NCBI GenBank assembly: GCA_965208625.1
Contig: OZ242348.1
Span: 1,309,567-1,373,566 of the forward strand
Source of the DNA: Dehalococcoidia bacterium
Lineage (GTDB): Bacteria > Chloroflexota > Dehalococcoidia > Lucifugimonadales > Australimonadaceae
Direction of reading: 5' to 3'
Length of the DNA stretch: 64,000 nucleotides
The notes below the pieces were generated by a model, which ran no database searches, was not told where the DNA came from, and saw nothing but the letters and a program-made list of their open reading frames with translations. Position 1 is the first letter of the stretch; each line of letters opens with the position of its first letter. Of the stretch, positions 19,457-28,765 are shown piece by piece. Made by a program: the position numbers and the translations under genes.

Positions 19457-21571
19457 CTACGACAACCCCAGCCAGCCCAGCACGAAGCGATCCGGCCAGA
19501 TGACGTGCAGGAAGCCGTCCAGCACGACGAATGCGACGAACGCCGCGAAGGCGGCGGGGATCAGCGACCAGAGCCGCCTCTTCCCCTGCCAGGGCAGGTT
19601 CAGGTTGATAAACACCAGAGGATAGAGCACCGCCGCGTACTTGAACCCGATCGTCCCGGCAAGCAGCATGAACGCGCCTATCCAGGCGATGATCCGGAGG
19701 AGAGCCCGCGCCGCCTGGAAATCGTTCCCCGTCCGCATGCCGATGTCGAACACCGGCGCGTTGCCACCGCGAGCGCTAAGCAGGGTGGTTGTCGCAATGC
19801 CCAGCAAGACGAGCAGGAACGCCGAACCAGCCCATAGCGGCAAGAGCTTCGCCTCACGTTGGTTGTAACCGATCGCCTCCGGCAACACGACCAGCGCCGT
19901 CCAGCCACCGAGCACCAGCAGCATCGCAAACTCCCACCGCCAATAGCGAGCGAGCGTGCTCCAGACCGTGGAGGGTTGAGCAACCGCTACGCTGCCGTCC
20001 GGAACAACAGGAGCAGATGCGGCTTCTCGGACATCCGTAACCTCAGTACCAAGACCCTGCAAGCCTGCTTCGCCTGCCGCCTCCGAGAATTCGCGGGAAG
20101 CACGGCCCATCACCCACCACAGGTAGGAGGCGAACAAGACCGCCAACACGAGGATGGTGATGGCATATGGGCGCGAGAACACATAAGAGAACCCCCCCAG
20201 CGAGAGCGACGTAAAGACGTTGTGCTCGATGACCGGGCCGAGGATGAAGCCGAGCAGGAACGGCGCTCTCGGCCAGCCGTGCCACTTCATGCTCAGCCCC
20301 AGAGCGCCCACCGCGAGCACCACCATGATGTCGCCCAGGTGGAGCGTTGCCTGGAAAGCCCCGAGGAACATGATGGGGAGCATCATCCCCGCCACGAACG
20401 TGTACGGCACCTGCGTGAGCCGGGCGACCTGGGAGCCTATCGCAAGCGCGATCACCATGCTGAGCACGTTCCCTATCCCGATGGCGAGCACCAGACCCAT
20501 CGTGATGTCGAGGTTCGTGGTCAGCATCGGGACTCCGGGCGCGACGCCATAGGAGATGAGAGCCACGAGCATCATCGCCCAGCCAACACCGCCCGGTATC
20601 CCGAACGCCAGCGTGGGGATGGCCTGCCCTGCTTCCTTCGCAGCCTGCGCCGATTCCGTGAAGAGGACACCGTCCAGGCTGCCCTTACCGAACTGCGACT
20701 TATCTTTGGCGAACATGATGCCGAAGGCGTACGACAGCCACTCCACCACAGCAGATCCGATGCCGGGGACAGCCCCAAGGAACACGCCGAACAGGCTCTG
20801 GCGCGGGATGGTCCGCCAGCGCTTCAGCCCTTCCTTCATGCCGATCCAGATCTCCTTGTTGGAAACCTCTCCCGTCGAGGCGATGGGCCGCCTGCTCGCA
20901 GCGAGGTCGATGATCTCCGGCAGCGCGAATATCCCCAGCACGGTTGGGATGAGCGGGAGTCCGTCTATGAGATACGCCGAGTTGAAGTTGAACCGGTCTA
21001 TGGCGGTAAGCGCAGCCGTCCCGATTGTGGACATGAGCACGCCCAGAATCGCGGCGGCGAGCCCGCGCAAGAGGGAGCCTCGCACGACCATGACTACCAT
21101 CGCGACGCCGAGGAGCGCCATCGCGGCTATCTCGGCGTAGGAGAACCGCACGATGAGGGGTTTGATGAACGGCAACGCGATGATGAGTGCGATAGCCCCA
21201 ATGACGCCGCCTATTGCGGAAACGACGTAGGTCGCGCCGATCACCCGCGCGCCGAACCCGCGCCGCGCCAGCTGGTGCCCCTCCAGGAAGTCAACCGTGG
21301 ACGACGGGCCGGGATAGCCCAGCAGCACCGCGGGAATGATGTCCACCGACTGTCCCAGCGCAATCATGGCTCCGACGAAGATGAGGCCAATCGTGGGGTC
21401 GACGCTGAGGATGAGGAACGGGAGCAGCAGGGCTATGGTCGTCGTGCCCCCTACTCCGGGTATCAGGCCGATCGGGCCTGCTATGAGCATGGCAAGGAGC
21501 AGCGCGCCCCAGAACCCAGGGCTGATCAGCAGATCGCCAACGATTGGGACGGAGTCGGCAAGGATTTCCAA
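19457..21571 (-). CDS. tctA: Tripartite tricarboxylate transporter permease TctA with fused C-terminal TctB-like domain
   Basis: GLIPGVGG, GAVPGIG, FGKGSLDGV, IPTLAFGIPG, LGFILGP, plus about 170 aa of extra TM segments at the C-terminus. Confidence 0.85.
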   Translation of the reverse strand: MEILADSVPIVGDLLISPGFWGALLLAMLIAGPIGLIPGVGGTTTIALLLPFLILSVDPTIGLIFVGAMIALGQSVDIIPAVLLGYPGPSSTVDFLEGHQLARRGFGARVIGATYVVSAIGGVIGAIALIIALPFIKPLIVRFSYAEIAAMALLGVAMVVMVVRGSLLRGLAAAILGVLMSTIGTAALTAIDRFNFNSAYLIDGLPLIPTVLGIFALPEIIDLAASRRPIASTGEVSNKEIWIGMKEGLKRWRTIPRQSLFGVFLGAVPGIGSAVVEWLSYAFGIMFAKDKSQFGKGSLDGVLFTESAQAAKEAGQAIPTLAFGIPGGVGWAMMLVALISYGVAPGVPMLTTNLDITMGLVLAIGIGNVLSMVIALAIGSQVARLTQVPYTFVAGMMLPIMFLGAFQATLHLGDIMVVLAVGALGLSMKWHGWPRAPFLLGFILGPVIEHNVFTSLSLGGFSYVFSRPYAITILVLAVLFASYLWWVMGRASREFSEAAGEAGLQGLGTEVTDVREAASAPVVPDGSVAVAQPSTVWSTLARYWRWEFAMLLVLGGWTALVVLPEAIGYNQREAKLLPLWAGSAFLLVLLGIATTTLLSARGGNAPVFDIGMRTGNDFQAARALLRIIAWIGAFMLLAGTIGFKYAAVLYPLVFINLNLPWQGKRRLWSLIPAAFAAFVAFVVLDGFLHVIWPDRFVLGWLGLS

Positions 21572-21596
21572 GGATCGCCCTCCCGTGCCTCAACCT

Positions 21597-21633
21597 GAAA
21601 GAAGGCCGCGCCCGGATCGACGGCGCGGCCTTC
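21597..21633 (-). terminator. Rho-independent terminator after the dioxygenase beta gene
   Basis: 12-bp stem gaaggccgcgcc/ggcgcggccttc, ending in TTCTTTC on the minus strand. Confidence 0.6.
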
Positions 21634-21648
21634 TCATCCGCGTTCCGA

Positions 21649-22191
21649 TCAAAAGAAGTTGGTCAGGTTCTTGGAGAGCAGTACGTTCTGGTCGAGATAT
21701 ATCTCCCGACGCGATATCTTCCATTCACCGTCCACCCTGCGCAGGGTGTCTATCCTGTTCCCTATCCAGGTGTTGTCCTCGTCCTCCAGGCGGTTGCGGT
21801 GCACGAGGAACCGGGATTTCACCCGGATCTCGCCGGCGCCGACCTTGTCGGAGCCGGAGTCCAGCAGGCGAACGTTCGAGACAAAGTGGGTAACGCGAGA
21901 GAGAGGCTCTTCCGCCCAGTGCACGCCCGTGCGGATCTGCGCGACGCGCTTCTCGAGCGTGTCCTTGCCTTCGTCGAACCAGGACATCTCGACCGCCTCG
22001 CGCGTCAGTTCCTTATCCATCTCCCTGGACGAGACGTTGCGCTTCATGGGCGCGTGGTAACGGACATCGTGCGTGAACAGGTCCAGCCATTCCTCGTAGC
22101 GATGCTCGTCCAGCAGGTCGGCCTCCATGTAGAGGAAGTCCTCGATCTCTAGCCGCAGCACCAGTTCCTCGTGTGACAGCAGGTCAGCCAC
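21649..22191 (-). CDS. Ring-hydroxylating dioxygenase beta subunit (HcaF-like)
   Basis: FLYMEADLLDE, WAEEPLSR, LDQNVLLSKNLTNFF. Confidence 0.92.
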   Translation of the reverse strand: MADLLSHEELVLRLEIEDFLYMEADLLDEHRYEEWLDLFTHDVRYHAPMKRNVSSREMDKELTREAVEMSWFDEGKDTLEKRVAQIRTGVHWAEEPLSRVTHFVSNVRLLDSGSDKVGAGEIRVKSRFLVHRNRLEDEDNTWIGNRIDTLRRVDGEWKISRREIYLDQNVLLSKNLTNFF

Positions 22192-22200
22192 TGCGCCCTC

Positions 22201-23586
22201 CTACCTTCCGTTTCCGTTCTTCATCCAGTCATCCTTCGCAGCGGCGGCCTTGGTAGGAGCCATCTCGCCCCAGTCCTTCGCCTGCATCACCTCGGCCCAG
22301 CGCTGGTAGTAGCGCCGGTGGTTCTCGTCGCTGTAGTTGTGCGCGAACAAGCCGGGCATGCCGAACTCCGTCGGCCCATGGAGGGGCGGCTCGGAAAGCC
22401 GCATCTGGTAGTTGAGGTCCAGCTTCTGCGCGACCGGCCCCTTGCTCGCGATGGTCAGCGCGTACCAGTTCTCCATGTCGTCCTGCTGGGTGACGCCACC
22501 GGGGCCGTAGTAGAGCTCGTAGTAGTTGGCAAGCTCGGTCTTCACTTCCTGTGGAGCGTCCTTGTCCACGAAGAAGTACGTCCATATCTCGGTCATCGCC
22601 GGGCCCTGCGGGTGCATGATGCGGACGACGCGCCCGAGCCAGCCCTCGTTGGGGAAGATCGCCGGGCCGACGGAGAGGTGCGCCATCAGGCCCAGGCGCT
22701 TCTTGCGCTCCTCGAACTTCTCGCGCAGGTACTCGCGGACGGCGGGCCGCTCGTTCCAGGTGCCGGACTCCTCCCAGCCGGGGTCGCCCTCCTCGGGAAT
22801 CGTCACGCCCATCGTGTGGCCCTCCGGGAAGGAGACGGTGTAGCGGCTCCGCGTCTGCCCGACGGAGATCGAGCGGTCCTCCCGCGGGCGCACCGGGTTG
22901 CCCGTTGCCCCGACGCCGAGCGCGAGAGCGGTCGAGCGGTGGGTTATCCAACCGTGCGTGGTGTCGGTGTCCGGGCAGGGCACCTTCCAGTTGCATCCGA
23001 GCCGCCACTTGACGACGCCGCCGAGCACCTCAGCGCCGTTGTCCGAACCGTCCGTGTGCAACAGCCCGGTGGCGAGGTAGAAATCTGACCCGCCGAGATA
23101 CTCGTGGAAGCTGGGCGCCGACTTGTCCCACGTGGCCCAGATGGAGCCGTGGAAGACCTCCACGCGCGCCTGCAGCAACCCCCACTGCGACTTGTCCATG
23201 AGGTCATAGCCGTTCTCGTGGTACGGCAGCGCGACCAGCGCGCCCGTGGCATCGTACGTCCAGCCGTGGAACGAGCAGACGTGGGTGAATGAGTTGCCCT
23301 GGTCGTAGCGGCAGACGCGGTTGCCCCGGTGCCTGCAGGAGTTCAGGAATACGTGCACCTTCTCGTCGCGCCCACGGCTGACGATGACCGCCTCTTCTCC
23401 CATCCGCCCGAGGATGTAGTCCCCGGCATTCGGTATCTGCGATTCGTGGCCGACGAACAGCCACGAGCGCTTGAATACCTGCTCCATCTCCTGGTCGTAG
23501 AGATCCTGATTCCAGAAGATCTCCCTGCTGACGGTGCCGCTCTCGGAGTCAACGAGCCTCTTCATCTCTGACGTAAGCTGGACCAT
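22201..23586 (-). CDS. Ring-hydroxylating dioxygenase alpha subunit
   Basis: Start MVQLT (AGGAGG). CRHRG...CSFHGW, NWK...DTTHGWITH, QDDMENW. Confidence 0.92.
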   Translation of the reverse strand: MVQLTSEMKRLVDSESGTVSREIFWNQDLYDQEMEQVFKRSWLFVGHESQIPNAGDYILGRMGEEAVIVSRGRDEKVHVFLNSCRHRGNRVCRYDQGNSFTHVCSFHGWTYDATGALVALPYHENGYDLMDKSQWGLLQARVEVFHGSIWATWDKSAPSFHEYLGGSDFYLATGLLHTDGSDNGAEVLGGVVKWRLGCNWKVPCPDTDTTHGWITHRSTALALGVGATGNPVRPREDRSISVGQTRSRYTVSFPEGHTMGVTIPEEGDPGWEESGTWNERPAVREYLREKFEERKKRLGLMAHLSVGPAIFPNEGWLGRVVRIMHPQGPAMTEIWTYFFVDKDAPQEVKTELANYYELYYGPGGVTQQDDMENWYALTIASKGPVAQKLDLNYQMRLSEPPLHGPTEFGMPGLFAHNYSDENHRRYYQRWAEVMQAKDWGEMAPTKAAAAKDDWMKNGNGR

Positions 23587-23770
23587 GATCTCCTCCTGGT
23601 ATACCCGCGACTCAAATCTGGCGCTATTCAATCACATGGCTGGCGAAATTGGAAAGAAGCGCAGCCACTGACAGCCCCGTGGTGTACGGATTTCGTTGCC
23701 GCCGGCGGGCCACCACTCTGCCGGACGAGTGGGAGCGGCTGCTAGAATGGCTGCCGGAGAGGCTGTACGA

Positions 23771-24094
23771 ATGTTGACCGAGTTCACCAAGCTCGCAGAG
23801 GTCGGGGACCTCGCTCCCGGCCAGATGCGCACGGTCAAGGCGGGCGCCGAGTACGTCCTTCTGGCGCGCCTCGGCGACGAGTACTTCGCGCTCGACGGAT
23901 TCTGCTCCCATGCTGACGGGTTCCTGGCGGACGGATACCTGCACGAGGACTACTGCGAGGTCGAGTGCCCCATCCACGAAGGCGCCTTCGACCTGCGCAC
24001 CGGCGAGGTGACGAACCCGCCCGCAGAGGTGCCCGTCGTTGCGTACGAGATACGCATCGAGGGCGGCGACATCCTGGCCGGGCCGCGCGCCTAG
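23771..24094 (+). CDS. Rieske-type [2Fe-2S] ferredoxin
   Basis: CSH...ECPIHEGAFDLRTG, 107 aa. Divergent from the alpha/beta pair. Confidence 0.9.
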   Translation: MLTEFTKLAEVGDLAPGQMRTVKAGAEYVLLARLGDEYFALDGFCSHADGFLADGYLHEDYCEVECPIHEGAFDLRTGEVTNPPAEVPVVAYEIRIEGGDILAGPRA

Positions 24095-24993
24095 CCCTCC
24101 TTCGCGACCGCAGCCATGACCCGTTCGCGGATCAGCGCGTGCAAGTCATCGTCCAGGGGCCCCGCCTCAGCCGCGGCGATGTTCGCCTTCAGGTGGTCCA
24201 GGTCCTTGGTGCCGTTTATGAACGTGTGCGCCGAGGGGTGCGCGAGGGAGTAGCGGAACATCGTCGAGACGAGGTCCATGCCTTCGAGCACGTCTTCGAG
24301 CCCGGACTCCACCCAGCGCCTGCGCACGATGGGGAACTCCCCTCCCCGTCCCTGCTCGCGCAACGGAGCGCCCTTGACCGACCCTCCCCTGATGATGGTG
24401 CCAGCCCCGGCGGCCTCTGCCGCAGTGATGGTCTCCTCGTGCTCCGGTTCCAATGCCGAGTAGACGATCTGGAACGCGTCGAACACGCCCCATTCCACGA
24501 ACGTCGCCAAGTCAGGGAGGATGGCGGACACACCGATGAAGCGCGCCTTACCCGACGCACGCACTTCCTCCAGCGCGGCGACGCAGTCGTGCGCCTCGAT
24601 GTCTTCGACCCTCGGCCCGTGCAGTTGCAGGAGGTCAACGTGGTCGGTCTTCAGGCGGGCGAGGCTCTCATCCATGGTGCGCAGGATGTCCTTGCGCGAC
24701 CACTCGGACTCGGCGTGGGGCACGCCGGTCTGCGGACGGCCGCACTTCGTCGCGAGGTAGTACTCGTCGCGCCGGAGGGAGATGAAGCGGCCGATGAACT
24801 CCTCGCTTCTCCCGTAGCCAGGTGCGGTGTCGATAAAGTTGATGCCGGAATCCAGCACAGCGTTCAGCACGACACCCGCGTGCTCCTCGCTCGGCAGGCG
24901 CCCTCCGTTCTCCACGGTGTCGCGCATCTCGAGCGCGCCGAACCCGAGCTTCGTGACCTCCAACCCCGTCCGTCCGAGCACGACCTTCTGCAT
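24091..24993 (-). CDS. Aldo/keto reductase
   Basis: LGRTGLEV, IDTAPGYG, LATKCG, SLARLKTDHVDLLQLH, IGVS. Confidence 0.9.
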   Translation of the reverse strand: MQKVVLGRTGLEVTKLGFGALEMRDTVENGGRLPSEEHAGVVLNAVLDSGINFIDTAPGYGRSEEFIGRFISLRRDEYYLATKCGRPQTGVPHAESEWSRKDILRTMDESLARLKTDHVDLLQLHGPRVEDIEAHDCVAALEEVRASGKARFIGVSAILPDLATFVEWGVFDAFQIVYSALEPEHEETITAAEAAGAGTIIRGGSVKGAPLREQGRGGEFPIVRRRWVESGLEDVLEGMDLVSTMFRYSLAHPSAHTFINGTKDLDHLKANIAAAEAGPLDDDLHALIRERVMAAVAKEG

Positions 24994-25017
24994 AGGCTCA
25001 CTCCCCTATCCCCTGGT

Positions 25018-25050
25018 TCACCCTGACCCCCTTCCATCGAGGGAGAGGGG
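25018..25050. repeat. REP-like element related to 7076-7203 (opposite orientation)
   Basis: tcaccctgacccccttccatcgagggagagggg, intergenic. Confidence 0.5.
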
Positions 25051-25063
25051 CCAGACGGCCACA

Positions 25064-26107
25064 TTAGATGCCGTAGAAGCGGCGCGGGTTGTCGTCGATG
25101 ATCTTGCGCGCCACGCCTTCAGGTATCTCTCCTTCTGCTTCGCGGCGTTCGATGACGTCGAGCGCGTGCAGTTCAGCAGACTGGTCGGCGTGCGTGTAGT
25201 CAGTGCCGATCATGAGGCTGTCTTCAGTGCCGAACGACAGGATGTAGGGGAGGTCGTCGGTGGTGTCGCACGCCACGTAGAAGCGGCAGTTGCGGAAGAG
25301 GTCCGAGCGGTAGTCGAATGGGTGGAACGTCAGCTTCTGCGCCTTGGCTATGAGGTCTGCCATGAGGAACGGCACCCATGACGCGCCGGTCTCTATCCAG
25401 CCGACCCGCAGCTCCGGGAACCTGTCGGGAACGTCGCTCATGGCGAGGTCAGTGAATGCAGCGATGGCGTTGAAGCGCCCGCCGATGTCAGCGCCGGAGG
25501 TCGGCGGATTGCCGGTGCCGGTGTGGATGCAGATGGGTATGTCCAGCCGGCTCGCCTCCTCATACAGGGGGAAGAAGTAGGGATCGCTGGCGCTCCGCCC
25601 GCACTCGATACCCTTCTTCATGAGGCCACACGCGCCGTTCTCCTTCGCCCAGCGTAGCTGGTTAATGGCCTCGTCGATGTCGAGCGTCGGCATGAGGGCC
25701 ACCCAGCGCAGGCGTCCGCCGGAGGTGTGCGTGGCGTCGGCCATCCAGCGGTTGTAGGCGCCAGTGAGGGCACGGTCCACCTCAGCACGAGCAGTGAAGC
25801 CGCCGAGGAAGAGTGTGGGATAGAGCACCTGCACATCGACGTTCAGCTCGTCCATATGCGCGAGCCGAGCGGGGATGTCGGTCAGCTCGCGCGTCGACTG
25901 CACCGTTCCGGTTCGGACGTCGTCGCGCCAGCGCCGGAGGCGGGTGCCGCCGTCGATGAGCCAGAGCCGATGGGGTCTGCGGTCGCCGGGGACCGTCGGT
26001 ACACCGGGGTCGGTGCAGACCGGTGCGTACCGGCGTTCCGATTCGGTGAGGAAACTCCAGGTGGCTTCCGTCTCGTCCACGTGTGCGTCAACGTCGATAC
26101 GCGCCAT
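25064..26107 (-). CDS. Amidohydrolase family 2 protein
   Basis: IDVDAH, VLYPT, ICIHTG, WIETG, GTDYTH. Confidence 0.9.
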   Translation of the reverse strand: MARIDVDAHVDETEATWSFLTESERRYAPVCTDPGVPTVPGDRRPHRLWLIDGGTRLRRWRDDVRTGTVQSTRELTDIPARLAHMDELNVDVQVLYPTLFLGGFTARAEVDRALTGAYNRWMADATHTSGGRLRWVALMPTLDIDEAINQLRWAKENGACGLMKKGIECGRSASDPYFFPLYEEASRLDIPICIHTGTGNPPTSGADIGGRFNAIAAFTDLAMSDVPDRFPELRVGWIETGASWVPFLMADLIAKAQKLTFHPFDYRSDLFRNCRFYVACDTTDDLPYILSFGTEDSLMIGTDYTHADQSAELHALDVIERREAEGEIPEGVARKIIDDNPRRFYGI

Positions 26108-26191
26108 CTGCCACCTCCAACGGGGCGCCGTCTCGTATAGCGCGGAGTATAGCCCTACCGGAGCAGGGAGGGAGAGAAAAACGCGTTTTCC

Positions 26192-26385
26192 GGCTCATTA
26201 AGGCTCATCCATCGTCGATCCACCTCTGAAATCGGCCTCACGGCGAGGGCTCACCGGGGGCTCGACAAGGCTCACGGCACCTCTGCGCAGGGGCTCATCC
26301 AAGGGCTCAAAAGGGCTCATCCTCCTTCGGAGCGGAAGGGGAAGGGAGTAAGCCGCCAACGCCGCCTCAACCAACGCCGCCTCAA
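26192..26385. repeat. Intergenic GGCTCA/GCCTCA short-repeat array plus tandem AACGCCGCCTCAA x2
   Basis: GGCTCA at 26192, 26202, 26248, 26269, 26292, 26304 and 26314. Variants at 26235 and 26259. aacgccgcctcaa duplicated at 26358 and 26373. Confidence 0.6.
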
Positions 26386-26454
26386 GCAGGGTACGCGAGC
26401 ATGAGTCGACGGCGTAAGGGGCAGATGTCACAGGCCAGGGAGCCCGCTCAAGAC

Positions 26455-28197
26455 TCAGCGATGCCACTCCGCGATGTTCCAGAGTTCGCTGTCCCAGCCG
26501 TTGATGCGGACGCCCTTCAGCGTGTTCAGGTGCGCGGAGACCAGGCCGCGATTCACCAGCGGTATCTCGAAGTAGCTCTGCACGTGCAGGTCGTTCAGGC
26601 GCTTGATGAGCGCCGCACGCTCCGGCCCGGCCTGTGCATCGGCGAGTTGGGCGTAGACCGCGTCGTACTCGGGGTCGCAGGAGCGGGCGTTGTTGCCGTC
26701 GGCCCAGTTATTCTCCCGCGCCTGGATGTGGTCGCAGAGCCGACTGAACAGGTATTGCTGCGGATCGATGCCGGAATCGGTCGCGTACATCTGCACGTCG
26801 GCGAAGAACCTGCGATACGACTCTTCAGCGTTCTCCACCGGGTCGCCGCCGAAGAAGAGCGCCGCGTCGTGGTGCACCACCCCGGTCTCGATGCCTATCC
26901 GGCTCCACCAATCGCGGATGAGCGCCTGCGTATCCTGCCGGATAGCATTCGTCGAGGTCTGGTAGGCGATGCGCAGAGGAACGCCGTTGTGTTCGCGGAT
27001 GCCGTCGCCATCGGTGTCGAGGACGTCGTTCTCATCGAGCAGGCGGTTCGCGCCGTCGATGTCCTGCTCGAGGCAGCCCTCATTGGCGGTTGAAGCGTAG
27101 GCAGCGGGGCCCGTGACGATGTTGCACGCAGGTTGTCCTGCGAACCCGTAGAGCCGCTCCGAGATGAGCGTGCGGTCTATGGCCATTGACATAGCTTGCG
27201 CGATGGGTGTGAAGGTGAGGAACGGGTGCGGGTTCTGCCCGTCGAGGTACTCGGAGCGGTCGTCTCCCAGCGCAGGGCCGGGGTTTGTCTGGTTGACGAC
27301 GATGCGCTCGACCAGACTGGCAAACGCCGAGACCACCGTGCCGTTGCCTCCCGCCTCCATGATGGCGAGGACTTCCGGATCTATCTGCAGGTTCCAAGCG
27401 TAGTCGGCTTCGCTGGTCTCCAGCGCGGCGCGAGCAGCCGACAGGGCATCGCCGCCGCCCACGAGCACGACGCGGTCGAAGTAGGGCTCCGGGCCCCGAT
27501 AGAACGGGTTGCGTTCGTATTCGGCTTGCTCGTTGGGCTCGAACGCGGTGATGCGGTACGGGCCGGTGCCGAGCGGAGCGTTGTTCTGAGCATCGCAGGT
27601 CGTGGCGGCTGCGCCGACGCAACCGGCGAACTGCGCCTCGCTGATGATGGGAGCGCTCGTGCTGACGAACGCGTTGTAGGGGTATGGCGTGGGAGCCTCG
27701 AACGTGATCTCGACGGTGAGTGTATCGACGGCTTCCACCGAGGCGATGCCTTCGAATGCGTCTGCCCCTGTGCAGCCCGTCTCGTGGTCAGTGCAGTAGC
27801 GCCACGTGAAGACCGCGTCGCCGGCTGTCACGGGGCTGCCATCCGACCACTGCAGTCCTTCTCTCAGCGTCCACGTGATGGACATCAGGTCATCCGAGAC
27901 GCTGCCGTTCTCCAGCGTGGGTATCCCCGTTGCCAGCGACGGCACCAGGTTGCCATCGGGGTCGTACACGGCCAACGGCTCGAGCGTGACCGCGCCCGCG
28001 TCACGGTCCTTGTAGCCGCCGGAGAGATAGGGGTTCGGTATCGACGGCGCCTGCCAGTAGAGGAGCGTCAGGACTTCCGCACCGTCAACAGGTTCGGGAG
28101 GATCGGTGGGTCTGGGTTCATCCTCAGACCCGCAAGCGGCGAGGAGGAGGAGGACAAGGGACACGAGGGCCGGGAAGAACTTCGCTGAACTACGCAT
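26455..28197 (-). CDS. Peptide/nickel ABC transporter substrate-binding lipoprotein (SBP family 5)
   Basis: Lipobox LAAC, LREGLQWSDGSPVTAGDAVFTW family-5 signature, GTGPY. Confidence 0.9.
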   Translation of the reverse strand: MRSSAKFFPALVSLVLLLLAACGSEDEPRPTDPPEPVDGAEVLTLLYWQAPSIPNPYLSGGYKDRDAGAVTLEPLAVYDPDGNLVPSLATGIPTLENGSVSDDLMSITWTLREGLQWSDGSPVTAGDAVFTWRYCTDHETGCTGADAFEGIASVEAVDTLTVEITFEAPTPYPYNAFVSTSAPIISEAQFAGCVGAAATTCDAQNNAPLGTGPYRITAFEPNEQAEYERNPFYRGPEPYFDRVVLVGGGDALSAARAALETSEADYAWNLQIDPEVLAIMEAGGNGTVVSAFASLVERIVVNQTNPGPALGDDRSEYLDGQNPHPFLTFTPIAQAMSMAIDRTLISERLYGFAGQPACNIVTGPAAYASTANEGCLEQDIDGANRLLDENDVLDTDGDGIREHNGVPLRIAYQTSTNAIRQDTQALIRDWWSRIGIETGVVHHDAALFFGGDPVENAEESYRRFFADVQMYATDSGIDPQQYLFSRLCDHIQARENNWADGNNARSCDPEYDAVYAQLADAQAGPERAALIKRLNDLHVQSYFEIPLVNRGLVSAHLNTLKGVRINGWDSELWNIAEWHR

Positions 28198-28356
28198 GCA
28201 GAGGATGGGGTCCTTTCCCTAGAGGTATCGCTCTGGGGACTGAGGATACCGTACTCCAGGTCTGAGGCTGGAATAGCGCGCAGTTCGCAGGACGGTCATG
28301 CCACACTGTAGACTCCGCGCATCACATCAGGGCAGATGCCGGATCAGGAGGCTGCT

Positions 28357-28740
28357 ATGGGACGCCGTCAGGTCATCGATCTACCAGGAATGGGCCACCG
28401 CGCGCCGATCTCGCTCGGCGTACGGATCGACAACGTCCTGTACACGTCGGGCATCAGTGGACGGGACGCGGAGACCGACTCGATGCCGGAGGACGCCGCA
28501 GGCCAGGCGAAGTGCATGTTCCGCAACATCGAGCGGATGATGGAGGCGGCCGGCGGGTCCACCAGCGACATCATCTACATGCAGTTGCGCCTGCAGGACC
28601 GCGCGCTACGGGAGTTCGTGGACCCGGAGTGGCTGGCAATGTTCCCCGACCCGGAGGACCGCCCCGCACGCCACGCGGAGAATGCTGACCTGGGCGGTGG
28701 GATGCTCATGCAGTGCCAGATCATGGCAGTGCTTCAGTAG
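28357..28740 (+). CDS. RidA/YjgF family protein
   Basis: LYTSGISG, QAKCMFRNI, RPARH (conserved Arg). AGGAGG RBS. Confidence 0.85.
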   Translation: MGRRQVIDLPGMGHRAPISLGVRIDNVLYTSGISGRDAETDSMPEDAAGQAKCMFRNIERMMEAAGGSTSDIIYMQLRLQDRALREFVDPEWLAMFPDPEDRPARHAENADLGGGMLMQCQIMAVLQ

Positions 28741-28765
28741 TAGGACTACCCGCAAACCGGCGTTC

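Noticed and set aside
26192-26400. CRISPR array, or the 89-aa ORF 26198-26467
   Set aside because: The repeats are 6-13 bp with irregular spacers and there are no cas genes. The ORF overlaps the neighbouring gene end and lacks an RBS and typical codon usage.
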